From NCBI GenBank assembly GCA_964655365.1, contig CAZZMQ010000008.1, positions 1-41,527 on the forward strand: a stretch of DNA of 41,527 nucleotides. Reading direction: 5' to 3'. Under the pieces are notes generated by a model. That model ran no database searches and was not told the origin of the DNA. It saw only the letters and a program-made list of their open reading frames with translations. This DNA comes from an uncultured Dehalococcoidia bacterium. Its GTDB lineage: Bacteria; Chloroflexota; Dehalococcoidia; Bin125. The translations under genes were made by a program, and so were the position numbers. Shown one piece after another: positions 17,250 through 25,952 of the stretch. Each line of letters starts with the position of its first letter. Positions within the stretch are counted from its first letter, which is position 1.

Positions 17250-19256
17250 ATGTCCGATCCCGCTCCCCAGATCGCCCCCTACGGCTCTTGGAAGTCTGCA
17301 ATCACGGCTGACCTAATCAATGCCGCTACGATCCGCCTCAGCGGCATCGCGCTCGACGGCAATAGCATTCACTGGCTCGAAAGCCGCCCCGCTGAGGAGG
17401 GCCGCAACGTACTCGTCCGTCGTGAACCGGATGGCTCCTCGACTGATCTCATTCCGCCCGGCTTCAATGTTCGCACACGGGTCCATGAGTACGGCGGAGC
17501 CGCTGCGCTCGTCCACGACGGTGTGACCTATTTCGCCAACTTTGCCGACCAGCGCCTTTACCGCTGCTCTACTGAGGATCCGGATCCAGCTGCAATTACG
17601 CCCGCCCCCAGCAACGGGCACGGCGACCGTCGCTTCGCCGATATGATCTACGACTCCCGTCGCGATCGCCTGATCGCCATCTGCGAGGATCACACGCGTC
17701 CCAACGAAGAGGCGCGAAACTATCTTGTTTCGCTTGACCCTTGCCCGGACGGTGCTTTGCAGGAACCGACTGTCCTCGCCACCGGCCATGACTTCTACGC
17801 TAACCCCCGCCTTAGTCCAGACGGGAACCGACTTGCCTGGCTGCAGTGGGATCACCCTAATATGCCCTGGGACGGCTGCGAGCTCCAGGTAGCGACGCTC
17901 GACGCCTCCGGCGTGCCATTCTCTGTCGAATCCGTTGCTGGTGGCATCGACGAATCGATCTGCCAGCCCGAATGGGCACCTGATGGTCGCCTCTACTTTG
18001 TTTCCGATCGCACTGGTTGGTGGAACCTCTATCGCCACAGTGGAAGCGCCGTCGATCAAGTTGTCTCAATCGACGCGGAGATGGGCCGCCCCATGTGGGT
18101 CTTCGACAACAACGGCTACGCTATTCTCGATAACCAAACAGCCGTCACGGACCTCTTGCGCGCCGGCCGCTCACGGCTTCATACCATCGATCTGGAGAGT
18201 GGTGCATTGAGCGAGGTTGAGACGCCCTACACTAGCTTTGCTGGCTACGTTGCCGCTGCTGGTCGGGTCGGATTCATCGCCGCCAGCCCCACCCGATTCG
18301 CTGCCGCGGTCCTCTTTGACCCCGAGACGCAGACCTGTACGGAACTCCAGACCGCAAGCACGATCGAAGTTGATCAGGGCTATCTCTCCACACCAGAAGC
18401 GATCGAGTTTTCAGCCAGCAATGAGCTTTCCACCAGCGACCAAGACACCAACTGCGTCAACGTTACGGTCCACGCTTACTACTATCCGCCTACCAGCACC
18501 GGCTTCACCGGGCCCGAGGACGAGCGTCCGCCCCTGCTCGTTATGAGCCACGGCGGCCCTACCGGAGCCACTTCCGACGCACTCCGACTCGGTCTGCAGT
18601 ATTGGACCAGCCGCGGCATTGCCGTGCTAGACGTCGACTACAGCGGCAGTACCGGCTACGGCACCGCGTATCGACGCCGTCTCAACGGCAACTGGGGCAT
18701 TCTCGATGTCGACGACTGCATCAACGGTGCCAAGTTCTTGATCGAACGTGGTGATGTTGATCCTGACCGCTGCGCCATCACGGGCGGCAGCGCAGGCGGC
18801 TGGACTACGCTCTGCGCCCTCACCTTCCGCGACTTCTTCGCCGCTGGAACCTCGCATTTTGGCGTAAGCGACGCTAGTGCGCTCGCCACCGACACGCACA
18901 AGTTCGAGTCGCGCTATCTGGAATCCATGATTGGTCCCTATCCCGAGCGCAAGGACCTCTACAACGAGCGCTCGCCGATTTACCACACCAACTTGCTCAA
19001 TTGCCCCGTCGCTTTCTTCCAAGGACTGGAGGACAAGATCGTGCTTCCTGATCAGTCGCAACGCATGGCCGACGCGCTACGCGAGAAGGGGCTGCCTGTA
19101 GCCTATTCTGCCTTCGAGGGCGAACAGCACGGTTTCCGTCGTGCTGCCAACATCAAGCGTGCACTCGAGGGTGAGCTCTACTTCTACAGTCGAATTTTCG
19201 GCTTTTCCCTAGCCGAAGCGATCGATCCCCTACCCATCGACAATTTGCCCGACTGA
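17250..19256 (+). CDS. S9 family serine peptidase (prolyl oligopeptidase/acylaminoacyl-peptidase type, beta-propeller plus alpha/beta hydrolase)
   Basis: 668 aa. Nucleophile elbow ITGGSAGGW. The C-terminal hydrolase domain carries FFQGLEDKIV and EGEQHGF. AAGAGGTG SD. Confidence 0.9.
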   Translation: MSDPAPQIAPYGSWKSAITADLINAATIRLSGIALDGNSIHWLESRPAEEGRNVLVRREPDGSSTDLIPPGFNVRTRVHEYGGAAALVHDGVTYFANFADQRLYRCSTEDPDPAAITPAPSNGHGDRRFADMIYDSRRDRLIAICEDHTRPNEEARNYLVSLDPCPDGALQEPTVLATGHDFYANPRLSPDGNRLAWLQWDHPNMPWDGCELQVATLDASGVPFSVESVAGGIDESICQPEWAPDGRLYFVSDRTGWWNLYRHSGSAVDQVVSIDAEMGRPMWVFDNNGYAILDNQTAVTDLLRAGRSRLHTIDLESGALSEVETPYTSFAGYVAAAGRVGFIAASPTRFAAAVLFDPETQTCTELQTASTIEVDQGYLSTPEAIEFSASNELSTSDQDTNCVNVTVHAYYYPPTSTGFTGPEDERPPLLVMSHGGPTGATSDALRLGLQYWTSRGIAVLDVDYSGSTGYGTAYRRRLNGNWGILDVDDCINGAKFLIERGDVDPDRCAITGGSAGGWTTLCALTFRDFFAAGTSHFGVSDASALATDTHKFESRYLESMIGPYPERKDLYNERSPIYHTNLLNCPVAFFQGLEDKIVLPDQSQRMADALREKGLPVAYSAFEGEQHGFRRAANIKRALEGELYFYSRIFGFSLAEAIDPLPIDNLPD

Positions 19257-19299
19257 TTAGCGCTCCATTCGGTGCCTTCTGTACGAACCCCACCTTGCC

Positions 19300-19890
19300 T
19301 TATTTGCCCACCTTGCGCGCTCCCATGGACTTCAACTCCATCGACAGCCCGGCCACGCACAGATAGACCCGGTTCGCTTCCCCCGCGATCGACGCATTGA
19401 CTGCACCCAGCAGATCCCCGTAGGCCCGCACCGCCGCATCTTCTGAGATCACTCCTAAGCCCACCTCATTTGTTACCACGATCGATGGCCCGGGGCGTTG
19501 CTGCATCGCCGCCGTCGCCGCCGCCAGCTCCCCTAGGAGCTCCTCTTGCATCGCTGCCACATCTTGCGGCGTCGGTGCTCGCGTGGGCCACACCGGAAAG
19601 GCCCGATTCGAAACCCAGAGTGTCAGACAATCCACGATCAGGCAGTCCTCCGCCACCTGCGTGACTGCATCGGCGAGAGCCAGCGGTTCCTCCACCAGGT
19701 CCCACCTCGCCGGCCTCGATGCCTGATGGGACGCGATTCGCGCCGCCATCTCTTGGTCACCCCGCTCTGCGGTCGCCAGATAGGTCACACCCCCGTCCGA
19801 CTCCGCCGCCCAATCCGACGCCAGCCCCCCCGCTAGCCGACTCTTCCCCGCCCGTACCCCGCCCGTGATCAGCAAAATCTCGCCCATCAC
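19300..19890 (-). CDS. cobU: Bifunctional adenosylcobinamide kinase / adenosylcobinamide-phosphate guanylyltransferase
   Basis: 196 aa. P-loop LITGGVRAGKS. Blocks YLATAE...DEEM..RI..H, LVDCLTLWVSN and IVVTNEVGLGV. The start overlaps the cobC stop. Confidence 0.9.
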   Translation of the reverse strand: MMGEILLITGGVRAGKSRLAGGLASDWAAESDGGVTYLATAERGDQEMAARIASHQASRPARWDLVEEPLALADAVTQVAEDCLIVDCLTLWVSNRAFPVWPTRAPTPQDVAAMQEELLGELAAATAAMQQRPGPSIVVTNEVGLGVISEDAAVRAYGDLLGAVNASIAGEANRVYLCVAGLSMELKSMGARKVGK

Positions 19891-20486
19891 ATGATCCCGT
19901 TGAGGTGGGCCGTCTCGTTCACTGACGCCACCACCGGCACGCCCTCAAAGTCGCGGATCACGGTCACTCCCGTGTTTTGTAACTGGAAGCGCCACGAATT
20001 CTTGTAGGGCAGATCGAGCAACGCCGCTAGGAGCAAACCGATCGCGTTGCCGTGTGCGACTAGCACCACTGCCTCGTCCATGTGAGCCGCGACAATTTCC
20101 TGGTAGGCCGTGTGCATCCGCCTTCGCACTTCAGCTATTGACTCGCCACCCGGCGCGCGAAAATCGGCACGCGGCCTCGCCAAAAGATCCCAGACATCAC
20201 GATCGCGTTCTACGATCTCCTCTTGTGTCTTGCCTTCCCACTCGCCGTAGAACATCTCGCGTAGCCGTGGATCCGAATCATGCGGTACGTCCAGCGCGCG
20301 CGCGATGATCTTGGCTGTCTCCGATGCTCGTCGTAAGTCCGACGAAACTACGCGCTTCGCTGGCTCTTCCGCCAAGCGCTGCCCAACCGCCAACGCCTGC
20401 CGCTCTCCTAGCTCCGTCAATCCTGGATCGCTATGCCCGCTGAACACGCGCGCCTTGTTGGCATCGCTTTCCGCGTGTCGCACCAC
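19887..20486 (-). CDS. cobC: Histidine phosphatase family protein, likely alpha-ribazole-5'-phosphate phosphatase
   Basis: 199 aa. RHAES (RHG motif) at the extreme N-terminus, plus LGERQA and VLVAHGNAI. Position between cobS and cobU. The annotated GTG start leaves almost no first beta-strand (see findings). Confidence 0.8.
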   Translation of the reverse strand: MVRHAESDANKARVFSGHSDPGLTELGERQALAVGQRLAEEPAKRVVSSDLRRASETAKIIARALDVPHDSDPRLREMFYGEWEGKTQEEIVERDRDVWDLLARPRADFRAPGGESIAEVRRRMHTAYQEIVAAHMDEAVVLVAHGNAIGLLLAALLDLPYKNSWRFQLQNTGVTVIRDFEGVPVVASVNETAHLNGIM

Positions 20487-20510
20487 ATAGATCGTTGTTT
20501 GACCGATGAC

Positions 20511-21314
20511 TTAGCTCCCATCCCAGAGCAGTGGACTCAGCCAGTTTTGTTCGAGCCCCACCACAATGGCAAGCAACGTCGCCGCCTCCACCAGCTCGAT
20601 CAGTGCCCCGTACACATCCCCCGTTAGTCCTCCCAACCGAGTTCGCGCGTACCAGGCTAGCGATACCCCGACCGTGGTGGCGAAAACGACGACCAGCAAT
20701 CCCTCGCCGCTCAACAGAAGCCCCGCAGCCAGCAGTGTCAAAACTGCTGCGACAACCGGCACTGTGCCCCCAACCGTGTCGTGCAACGCGCGCCCAAAGC
20801 CCTCGCGGCGGGCGTACGGCCATGTCTTCATCAGCCCCACGATCACTCCGCGCGCTACGATCGGTGCCAGGAGCAGTGCTGCGAAGCGCCCCCCCTCGGG
20901 CAGGCTTACCAGCAGCGCGAATTTCATCAAGAGCACCAGTACCAGAGCGATTGTGCCCCACGAGCCGGTAGTCGTGTCGCGCATGATCGCAAGGCGTTGT
21001 TCTCGGTCACGTCCGCCAAACAGCCCATCGCAGGTATCGGCTAGACCGTCCAGGTGCAGTCCGCCAGTCAATAGGACCCAGCTCAGGACCAGCATGCCCG
21101 CGACCACCGCGTCGGGTGCGATCTCTCGCCCCCCCCGCTCCAGTCCGAATAGCCCCAACCCGATCAGCAGCCCGGCCAGTGGGAATGCCCACAATGACGC
21201 GGTGACCTCGCCCGATGTTCGCATCGGAACAGAGTGCCAGCGCAGAGTTGTCAGGAACTCTATCGCCGGTAACGGCGACCCGACTTCTTGTCCTAGCCTG
21301 AGTCGGTTCGGCAT
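20511..21314 (-). CDS. cobS: Adenosylcobinamide-GDP ribazoletransferase (cobalamin synthase)
   Basis: The ORF 20511..21518 is trimmed to ATG 21314, which overlaps the cobT stop (TGATG). Polytopic membrane protein with DGLADTCDGLFGG and GGLTGDVYGA motifs. The upstream 68 codons are an Arg/Gly-rich overlap with cobT. Confidence 0.85.
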   Translation of the reverse strand: MPNRLRLGQEVGSPLPAIEFLTTLRWHSVPMRTSGEVTASLWAFPLAGLLIGLGLFGLERGGREIAPDAVVAGMLVLSWVLLTGGLHLDGLADTCDGLFGGRDREQRLAIMRDTTTGSWGTIALVLVLLMKFALLVSLPEGGRFAALLLAPIVARGVIVGLMKTWPYARREGFGRALHDTVGGTVPVVAAVLTLLAAGLLLSGEGLLVVVFATTVGVSLAWYARTRLGGLTGDVYGALIELVEAATLLAIVVGLEQNWLSPLLWDGS

Positions 21315-22417
21315 CAGTCGTTCTGCTCGGGCACACCGGCCTCCGCGAACGTCGCCATCTCCGCCAGGATCCGTGTTGCGGCTTCCACGTGGCCCAGGAA
21401 GAGCGTTGCTCCGGTTCCCTCCCCCAGTCGCAGCTCCAGTTCGATGTACGGCGTTAGTCCTAGTCGCTCCAGGGCGATTGCGTGCCCTGGCTCTGCCGAA
21501 AGATGGGCTGCGGCACAATAGTCCACCGCCAGCGGCGCGATCGCCTGCGCGATCAGGGCTGCTGCACTGCTCACATAGCCATCAAGCGCGACCGGTACCC
21601 GATTCGCCGCCGCTCCTAGAATCACACCAGCTAGTATCCCGATCTCGAAGCCGCCTACGCAGCGGAGCACGTCGATCCCCTCCGTCGCGTTGGGTTGGTT
21701 GCGCGCGATCGCCGCTCGCACCGCCGCTGTTTTCCGCTCTAGACCCGCGTCGTCGACGCCGGTTCCTCTCCCTGTTACTGCCGCCGCATCAGCTTCGGCG
21801 CAGACCGCCGTTATTGCTGCGGCCGCCGTCGTGTTGCCGATCCCCATGTCGCCCGTTCCCACCAGGTCCAATCCTGCTTCTCGTAGTTCCTCCACGACTG
21901 CAATTCCATGCGCGACGCTGGCCCGCGCCTGCTCCTCGCTCATCGCTTCGGACGTTGTCATATCCTGCGTTCCCGACCCCACGCGTCGGCTCTGGAAGCG
22001 TAGTCGAGACGTTTTGGGCGGCGGTATGACCTCGGTCGACACCCCTGCGTCGATGATCGTTACTGTCGCTCCCTGCGCCCGTGCCATTACATTGATCGCG
22101 GCGCCACCGGCAAGGAAGTTTTGCACCATCGCCGCGGTCACCTCGGCTGGGTAGGCGCTTACCCCGCCGCTAGCAACACCATGCTCTGCTGCTGCCACGA
22201 CGATCGTCTTGCGAGGCATTAAGGGTATCGGCTGCCCACTCGCTCCAGCCAGCCAGATCACGAGAACCTCCACCCAGCCCAGCGACCCTTGCGGCTTCGT
22301 CAACCGAACTAGCCGATCCACGGCTTTCTTAATCGAGACGCGGTCAAGCGGCACGATGCGATCGATCGTCGCTTCAATCACTGCCTCGGGATCCGGGATG
22401 CCAGTGCCGACGGTCAT
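21314..22417 (-). CDS. cobT: Nicotinate-nucleotide--dimethylbenzimidazole phosphoribosyltransferase
   Basis: 367 aa. Motifs GTGDMGIGNTTAAAAI and LRLGEGTGA. The start is 4 nt after the xth stop. Confidence 0.9.
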   Translation of the reverse strand: MTVGTGIPDPEAVIEATIDRIVPLDRVSIKKAVDRLVRLTKPQGSLGWVEVLVIWLAGASGQPIPLMPRKTIVVAAAEHGVASGGVSAYPAEVTAAMVQNFLAGGAAINVMARAQGATVTIIDAGVSTEVIPPPKTSRLRFQSRRVGSGTQDMTTSEAMSEEQARASVAHGIAVVEELREAGLDLVGTGDMGIGNTTAAAAITAVCAEADAAAVTGRGTGVDDAGLERKTAAVRAAIARNQPNATEGIDVLRCVGGFEIGILAGVILGAAANRVPVALDGYVSSAAALIAQAIAPLAVDYCAAAHLSAEPGHAIALERLGLTPYIELELRLGEGTGATLFLGHVEAATRILAEMATFAEAGVPEQND

Positions 22418-22421
22418 ATTG

Positions 22422-23189
22422 TCAGTCCCTCAGTACCAGGGTCACCGGTGCATGATCCGACGGTTTTTCGCCTGCTCGTTCCTCTGTGTCTACTTTCACT
22501 GCCTCGAGACGCTCCACCAACGGCTGGGTAATCAGGTGGAGGTCGATTCGTAGACCTCGATTACGCTGGAATCCATCGGTCAGGAAGTCCCACCAGGTAT
22601 ATTGCTCTGCCTCATCTGTCAGTTCGCGTAACGCATCGTGCAGGCCCCAGTCCAGCAGCGCCTGAAGTCGTTCGCGCTCCGCCCTCGAGGCCAGATTTTG
22701 CTCGTACCAGGCCGCTGGGTCGAATAAATCTCGATCGTCCGGCGTCACATTGAAGTCGCCACAGATGATCAGCGGTTGATCGGGCGACGCCGACTTCTCC
22801 AGCCATCCCAGCAGTCGCTCCAGCCACTCCAGCTTGTAGCGGTAGTGATCGTGTCCCACCTGGCGTCCGTTTGGTACGTCGACCGTCGCCACGGTCAGAT
22901 CGTCAAACGTCGACGCGATCCCGCGCCCGTCGGTGTCATCTGGCCAGGGGATCCGCTCTTCTACGCTGTCCGGGAATCGTGGCGATGCAATCGCGACGCC
23001 GTTGTAGCTCTTCTGTCCCACCAGGCTGACCTCGTAGCCGAGCTGGTCGAAGCCGTCAAAGGGAAATTGCTCCTCTTCGCACTTGAGCTCTTGCAAGCAG
23101 AGCACGTCGGGCTGGTGTTGGTCGATCCAATTCAGCACGCGGTTCTCGCGCGCCCGGATCGAGTTGACGTTCCATGTCGTGATGCGCAT
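22422..23189 (-). CDS. xthA: Exodeoxyribonuclease III
   Basis: MRITTWNVNSIRAR..., LCLQELK, ICGDFNVTP, WWDF, SDHAPV are the EEP/ExoIII motifs. ATG 23189 has GGAGG 7 nt upstream. The track start at 23201 is a GTG four codons earlier. Confidence 0.9.
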   Translation of the reverse strand: MRITTWNVNSIRARENRVLNWIDQHQPDVLCLQELKCEEEQFPFDGFDQLGYEVSLVGQKSYNGVAIASPRFPDSVEERIPWPDDTDGRGIASTFDDLTVATVDVPNGRQVGHDHYRYKLEWLERLLGWLEKSASPDQPLIICGDFNVTPDDRDLFDPAAWYEQNLASRAERERLQALLDWGLHDALRELTDEAEQYTWWDFLTDGFQRNRGLRIDLHLITQPLVERLEAVKVDTEERAGEKPSDHAPVTLVLRD

Positions 23190-23288
23190 CCCAGCCTCCA
23201 CGATCGAGGCTATCCGTTGCCGAATCCAGTCTCAATCACTGTCCTCAAACACGATTTCCAACCGTGGTTATGCCGGGAAGCGATGATC

Positions 23289-23628
23289 CTAGCTCTCCCC
23301 GCCGCCTATTTCGACACCCGACGCGTGAAGTCCCAAATCGCCGAGAAGTCGGCCTCCGGCTACCTCGCTTGGGACCGCCAACACGATTCCGCCGTCCGGC
23401 AACCTGAGCAGCACAAAGTCAGACCGCTGTGCCACCTCCGCTACCGACTTCGCTTGCTCCGCCCCGTCGGGCGCACGCTCTGCCGTACCCGCCGCATCGA
23501 ATGCCACTATTGGCAGACCTGAATTGACAATGTTGGCTGCTATCGCCCCCCATGTTGTCTGGCCCAATGAAGCCGATTTTGGGTGGGTCGTCCTCGTCGG
23601 GTGGAGTACCCCGTTCCCGCGGGCTCAC
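23289..23628 (-). pseudogene. Remnant of a 3-hydroxyisobutyrate/6-phosphogluconate-dehydrogenase-like NAD(P)-binding oxidoreductase (frameshifted and truncated)
   Basis: The Rossmann start KIGFIGPDNMGG is in one frame (23580 downward). After a G6 run (plus-strand C6 at 23546..23551) it continues in another frame as AIAANIVNSGLPIVAFDAAG...AKSVAEVAQRSDFVLLRLPDGGIV. The reading ends after about 95 residues. The original GTG start (23628) overlaps the CMD stop. Confidence 0.55.
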
Positions 23629-24005
23629 TCGATTACACCCTCTTCCTTCAAGACCCGGCGCGCGATCCGGAACGACTCCACCCCGGCCGGTGCCCCCGCG
23701 TAGGCCGCGATCTGGATAAAGGTCTCGCGTAGCTCCTCGGCCGTGCAGCCGTTGCGTAGTGCGCCGCGCAGGTGCAGCTCAAACTCCGTCGGTCGGTTCA
23801 GCGCCGCCAGGAGGCAGAGTACGTTGAGGCTGCGTTGCTTACGTTCCAGCCCGTCCCGAGCCCACGTACCCCAGGCCGACTCCGTCACCCACTCCTGGAA
23901 GTCGCGACCGAAGTCATCCATCGTCGCCAGCGCCCGGTCGACGTATTCGTCGCCCAACACCTCGCGCCGCACCGATAAGCCTTGCTCGAATTTCTCCGAA
24001 ACCAT
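23625..24005 (-). CDS. Carboxymuconolactone decarboxylase (CMD/AhpD-like) family protein
   Basis: C-terminal block LAALNRPTEFELHLRGALRNGCTAEELRETFIQIAAYAGAPAGVESF is typical of the gamma-CMD family. ATG 24005 has AGGTGA upstream. The track ORF starts at TTG 24035. Confidence 0.8.
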   Translation of the reverse strand: MVSEKFEQGLSVRREVLGDEYVDRALATMDDFGRDFQEWVTESAWGTWARDGLERKQRSLNVLCLLAALNRPTEFELHLRGALRNGCTAEELRETFIQIAAYAGAPAGVESFRIARRVLKEEGVIE

Positions 24006-24046
24006 CACGTCACCTGCTCTCGTACCTCGGTGCAAGTTCAGTCTAG

Positions 24047-24892
24047 CTACGCCAACTTCTCGGCTAGCTGCGCGTAGCCGTCCATCATCGGCAGCACCAC
24101 GTCCGCTTCGGCCGGCGGCAAGTTGAACAATAGCCGGTGGAAGCCCAGTTCGATAATCTCCGTTGCTCGCTCCTCCTTCGGCCCAACTCCGAAGACGGTT
24201 AGGTCTAGCTCACTGAAGTCGCGCTCGGCACGATCACAGGACGCTTTCAACTCTTCGAGTCCCTCCCCAAGATCGCCACGACCGTTGATCGGCATCCAGC
24301 CGTCGCAATAGTCGACTACCCGGTCGTAGGCCCACTTCGATTCCGCCCCCAGTAGAACCGGCGGCCCGCCCGTAGTGATTGGCTTGGGGTACGACCACGA
24401 CTTCTCGAAGTTGATGAACTCCCCGTGGTACTCGGCCTCGTCATGCGTCCACAGCTCACGCCACGCCAGCACCGACTCTCGCGTCACCTTCCAACGATCC
24501 TTAAACACCACACCGTGGCTATCGAGTTCTTCGGCGTTCCAGCCGGCCCCGATCCCGATTAGTGCCCGCCCGCCCGAAATCATGTCTAACGACGCGATCT
24601 GCTTCGCCGTCACGATTGGGTCGCGCTCCGGCACCAGCAAGATCCCGGTGCCCACCTTCAAGTTTTCGGTCACCGCCGCGGCCGCCATCAGACTTACGAA
24701 CGGGTCATGCGTGTGTGAGTACTCCAGCGGCAGATCGCCACCGCCTGGGTAGGGTGTACGCCGGCTTGTGGGAATGTGGGTGTGCTCTGGGAAGAAGAGG
24801 GATTCGAATCCACGTGCCTCCGCCTCCTTCGCCAGTTCGATTGGTTGGATCGCATAATCTGTCGGAAACATCGAAACGCCAAAGCTCGTCAT
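24047..24892 (-). CDS. LLM-class F420-dependent-type oxidoreductase
   Basis: 281 aa. FGVSMFPTDYAIQPIELAKEAEARGFESLFFPEHTHIP...LKVGTGILLVPERDPIVTAKQIASLDMISGGRALIGIGAGW resembles the Rv2161c-type LLM subgroup. Confidence 0.85.
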   Translation of the reverse strand: MTSFGVSMFPTDYAIQPIELAKEAEARGFESLFFPEHTHIPTSRRTPYPGGGDLPLEYSHTHDPFVSLMAAAAVTENLKVGTGILLVPERDPIVTAKQIASLDMISGGRALIGIGAGWNAEELDSHGVVFKDRWKVTRESVLAWRELWTHDEAEYHGEFINFEKSWSYPKPITTGGPPVLLGAESKWAYDRVVDYCDGWMPINGRGDLGEGLEELKASCDRAERDFSELDLTVFGVGPKEERATEIIELGFHRLLFNLPPAEADVVLPMMDGYAQLAEKLA

Positions 24893-24956
24893 CGCACATC
24901 ACTCTTTCTCAATCGCGAGATCCGTTGGTTCAAATCAGTGGGCGTGTCGGGCTGTC

Positions 24957-25862
24957 TTAGAACATTGCTACCGGGTTGACCGGGCTTCCGGTTCCGCCCT
25001 CCACTGGTAGCGGTAGCACCATCAGCAGGAATTCGTGCCGATCCTCTTCTGTACAGCCCTCGGCGAGCGGCTGCAGCAGCGAGTTGTCCAATAGTGTCAC
25101 CCCGAACGAATACAGCACCGAATGCACCGGCCAAGGCAGGTTGTTCCGGTCGGGCCGCGCATCCATCATGTCCCAGCCCAACAGCGAGACATCTTTGTCG
25201 CGGATGAAGACCGAACAGGAGCCGTCCAGCCCTGGGCTCGGTGCCGTCCCCATGTAGTCCTCTGGGTTGTCGTTCTGCCAGGCTTCGCGTCCGCTATAAA
25301 CAATCAGTGCGTCCCCAGGAGTTAGCGGCGTCCTCTGCGCCTCGGCGATCGCTTCCAGCTCGGCGCCCGTCACTGGATTGCCATTGGTCACATAGGGCTC
25401 GCCGCGGTGCGCCGGCACATCCAGCAGCACTCCGCGCGTGATGATCCCCGACTGCCAAGCTGTGATGTCGCCAAATTTTGCGCCTTGTGGCCCCACCAGC
25501 TCGTCTGGTGACTTGCCCTGCCAGCCGCCGTTTGCATCCCACACGTGGCATAGCGCATCGACATGTGTGGTCGAATAGCCGTGGTACATGATCCCGTAAT
25601 AATCGACCGCACCGCCGCTCTCCCCGCGGTCGAACCACTGCGTGAAGTGTTGCGCCGGCTGTGGGTTGAGCGGTCCCGGTTTCTTTGGCCAAAAGCGGCT
25701 CAACGATACCGTGCGCCCGTTTTGCACTAGGGCCGCTGCCTCGATCCGCTTCTCCGCTGTGATCATGTTGAACGCGCCGGCCTCATCGTCGTCGCCCCAG
25801 CGTCCCCAATTGTTGCGCTCTGTCAGATTTGCGCGCAGTTCCGCCTCAGTCGGATCGGCCAT
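24957..25862 (-). CDS. Cyclase family protein (kynurenine-formamidase-like fold)
   Basis: 301 aa. Metal-binding region YHGYSTTHVDALCHVW and a DxxGWD-like LLGWDMMD block. GAGAGGGTGA SD. Confidence 0.8.
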   Translation of the reverse strand: MADPTEAELRANLTERNNWGRWGDDDEAGAFNMITAEKRIEAAALVQNGRTVSLSRFWPKKPGPLNPQPAQHFTQWFDRGESGGAVDYYGIMYHGYSTTHVDALCHVWDANGGWQGKSPDELVGPQGAKFGDITAWQSGIITRGVLLDVPAHRGEPYVTNGNPVTGAELEAIAEAQRTPLTPGDALIVYSGREAWQNDNPEDYMGTAPSPGLDGSCSVFIRDKDVSLLGWDMMDARPDRNNLPWPVHSVLYSFGVTLLDNSLLQPLAEGCTEEDRHEFLLMVLPLPVEGGTGSPVNPVAMF

Positions 25863-25892
25863 TGGTTCACCCTCTCGTCACTAGTTTGACTC

Positions 25893-25909
25893 CGCGAAGT
25901 CTCTTCGCG
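25893..25909 (-). terminator. Perfect 7-bp hairpin CGCGAAG-TCT-CTTCGCG downstream of the DinB-like gene (weak terminator candidate, no U-tract)
   Basis: Read directly. It lies 44 nt after the DinB-family stop and 31 nt upstream of the cyclase start codon. Confidence 0.3.
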
Positions 25910-25952
25910 ATGAACCGGGAGGATAGCCCGCGCTTCGCTTCCGCGCGCGCCT

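Noticed and set aside
17161-17301. N-terminal extension of the ppc ORF that overlaps the divergent S9 peptidase gene
   Set aside because: Internal ATGs at 17199 and 17160 both have good SD sequences. The extension is Arg/Ser/Gly-rich, and it would overlap the peptidase start by 52 nt head-to-head.
21315-21518. 68-codon N-terminal extension of the cobS ORF
   Set aside because: It overlaps the 3' end of cobT in another frame and is Arg/Gly-rich. The ATG at 21314 forms a classic TGATG stop-start junction with cobT.
20566-22029. 487-aa plus-strand ORF, Pro/Arg/Ser/Ala-rich, the longest unexplained ORF in the track
   Set aside because: It lies entirely antisense to cobS and cobT, which have clear family motifs. 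Its low-complexity composition is typical of shadow ORFs in high-GC DNA.
23190-23288. Expected cobalamin riboswitch upstream of the xth-cob operon
   Set aside because: No B12-box-like or GGTG...GGGAA core sequences are visible. The region is only ~100 nt and directly abuts a pseudogene.
24893-24956. GGTTCAAATC sequence resembling a tRNA T-loop
   Set aside because: The flanking bases do not form a T-stem. The 64-nt intergenic region is too short for a tRNA.
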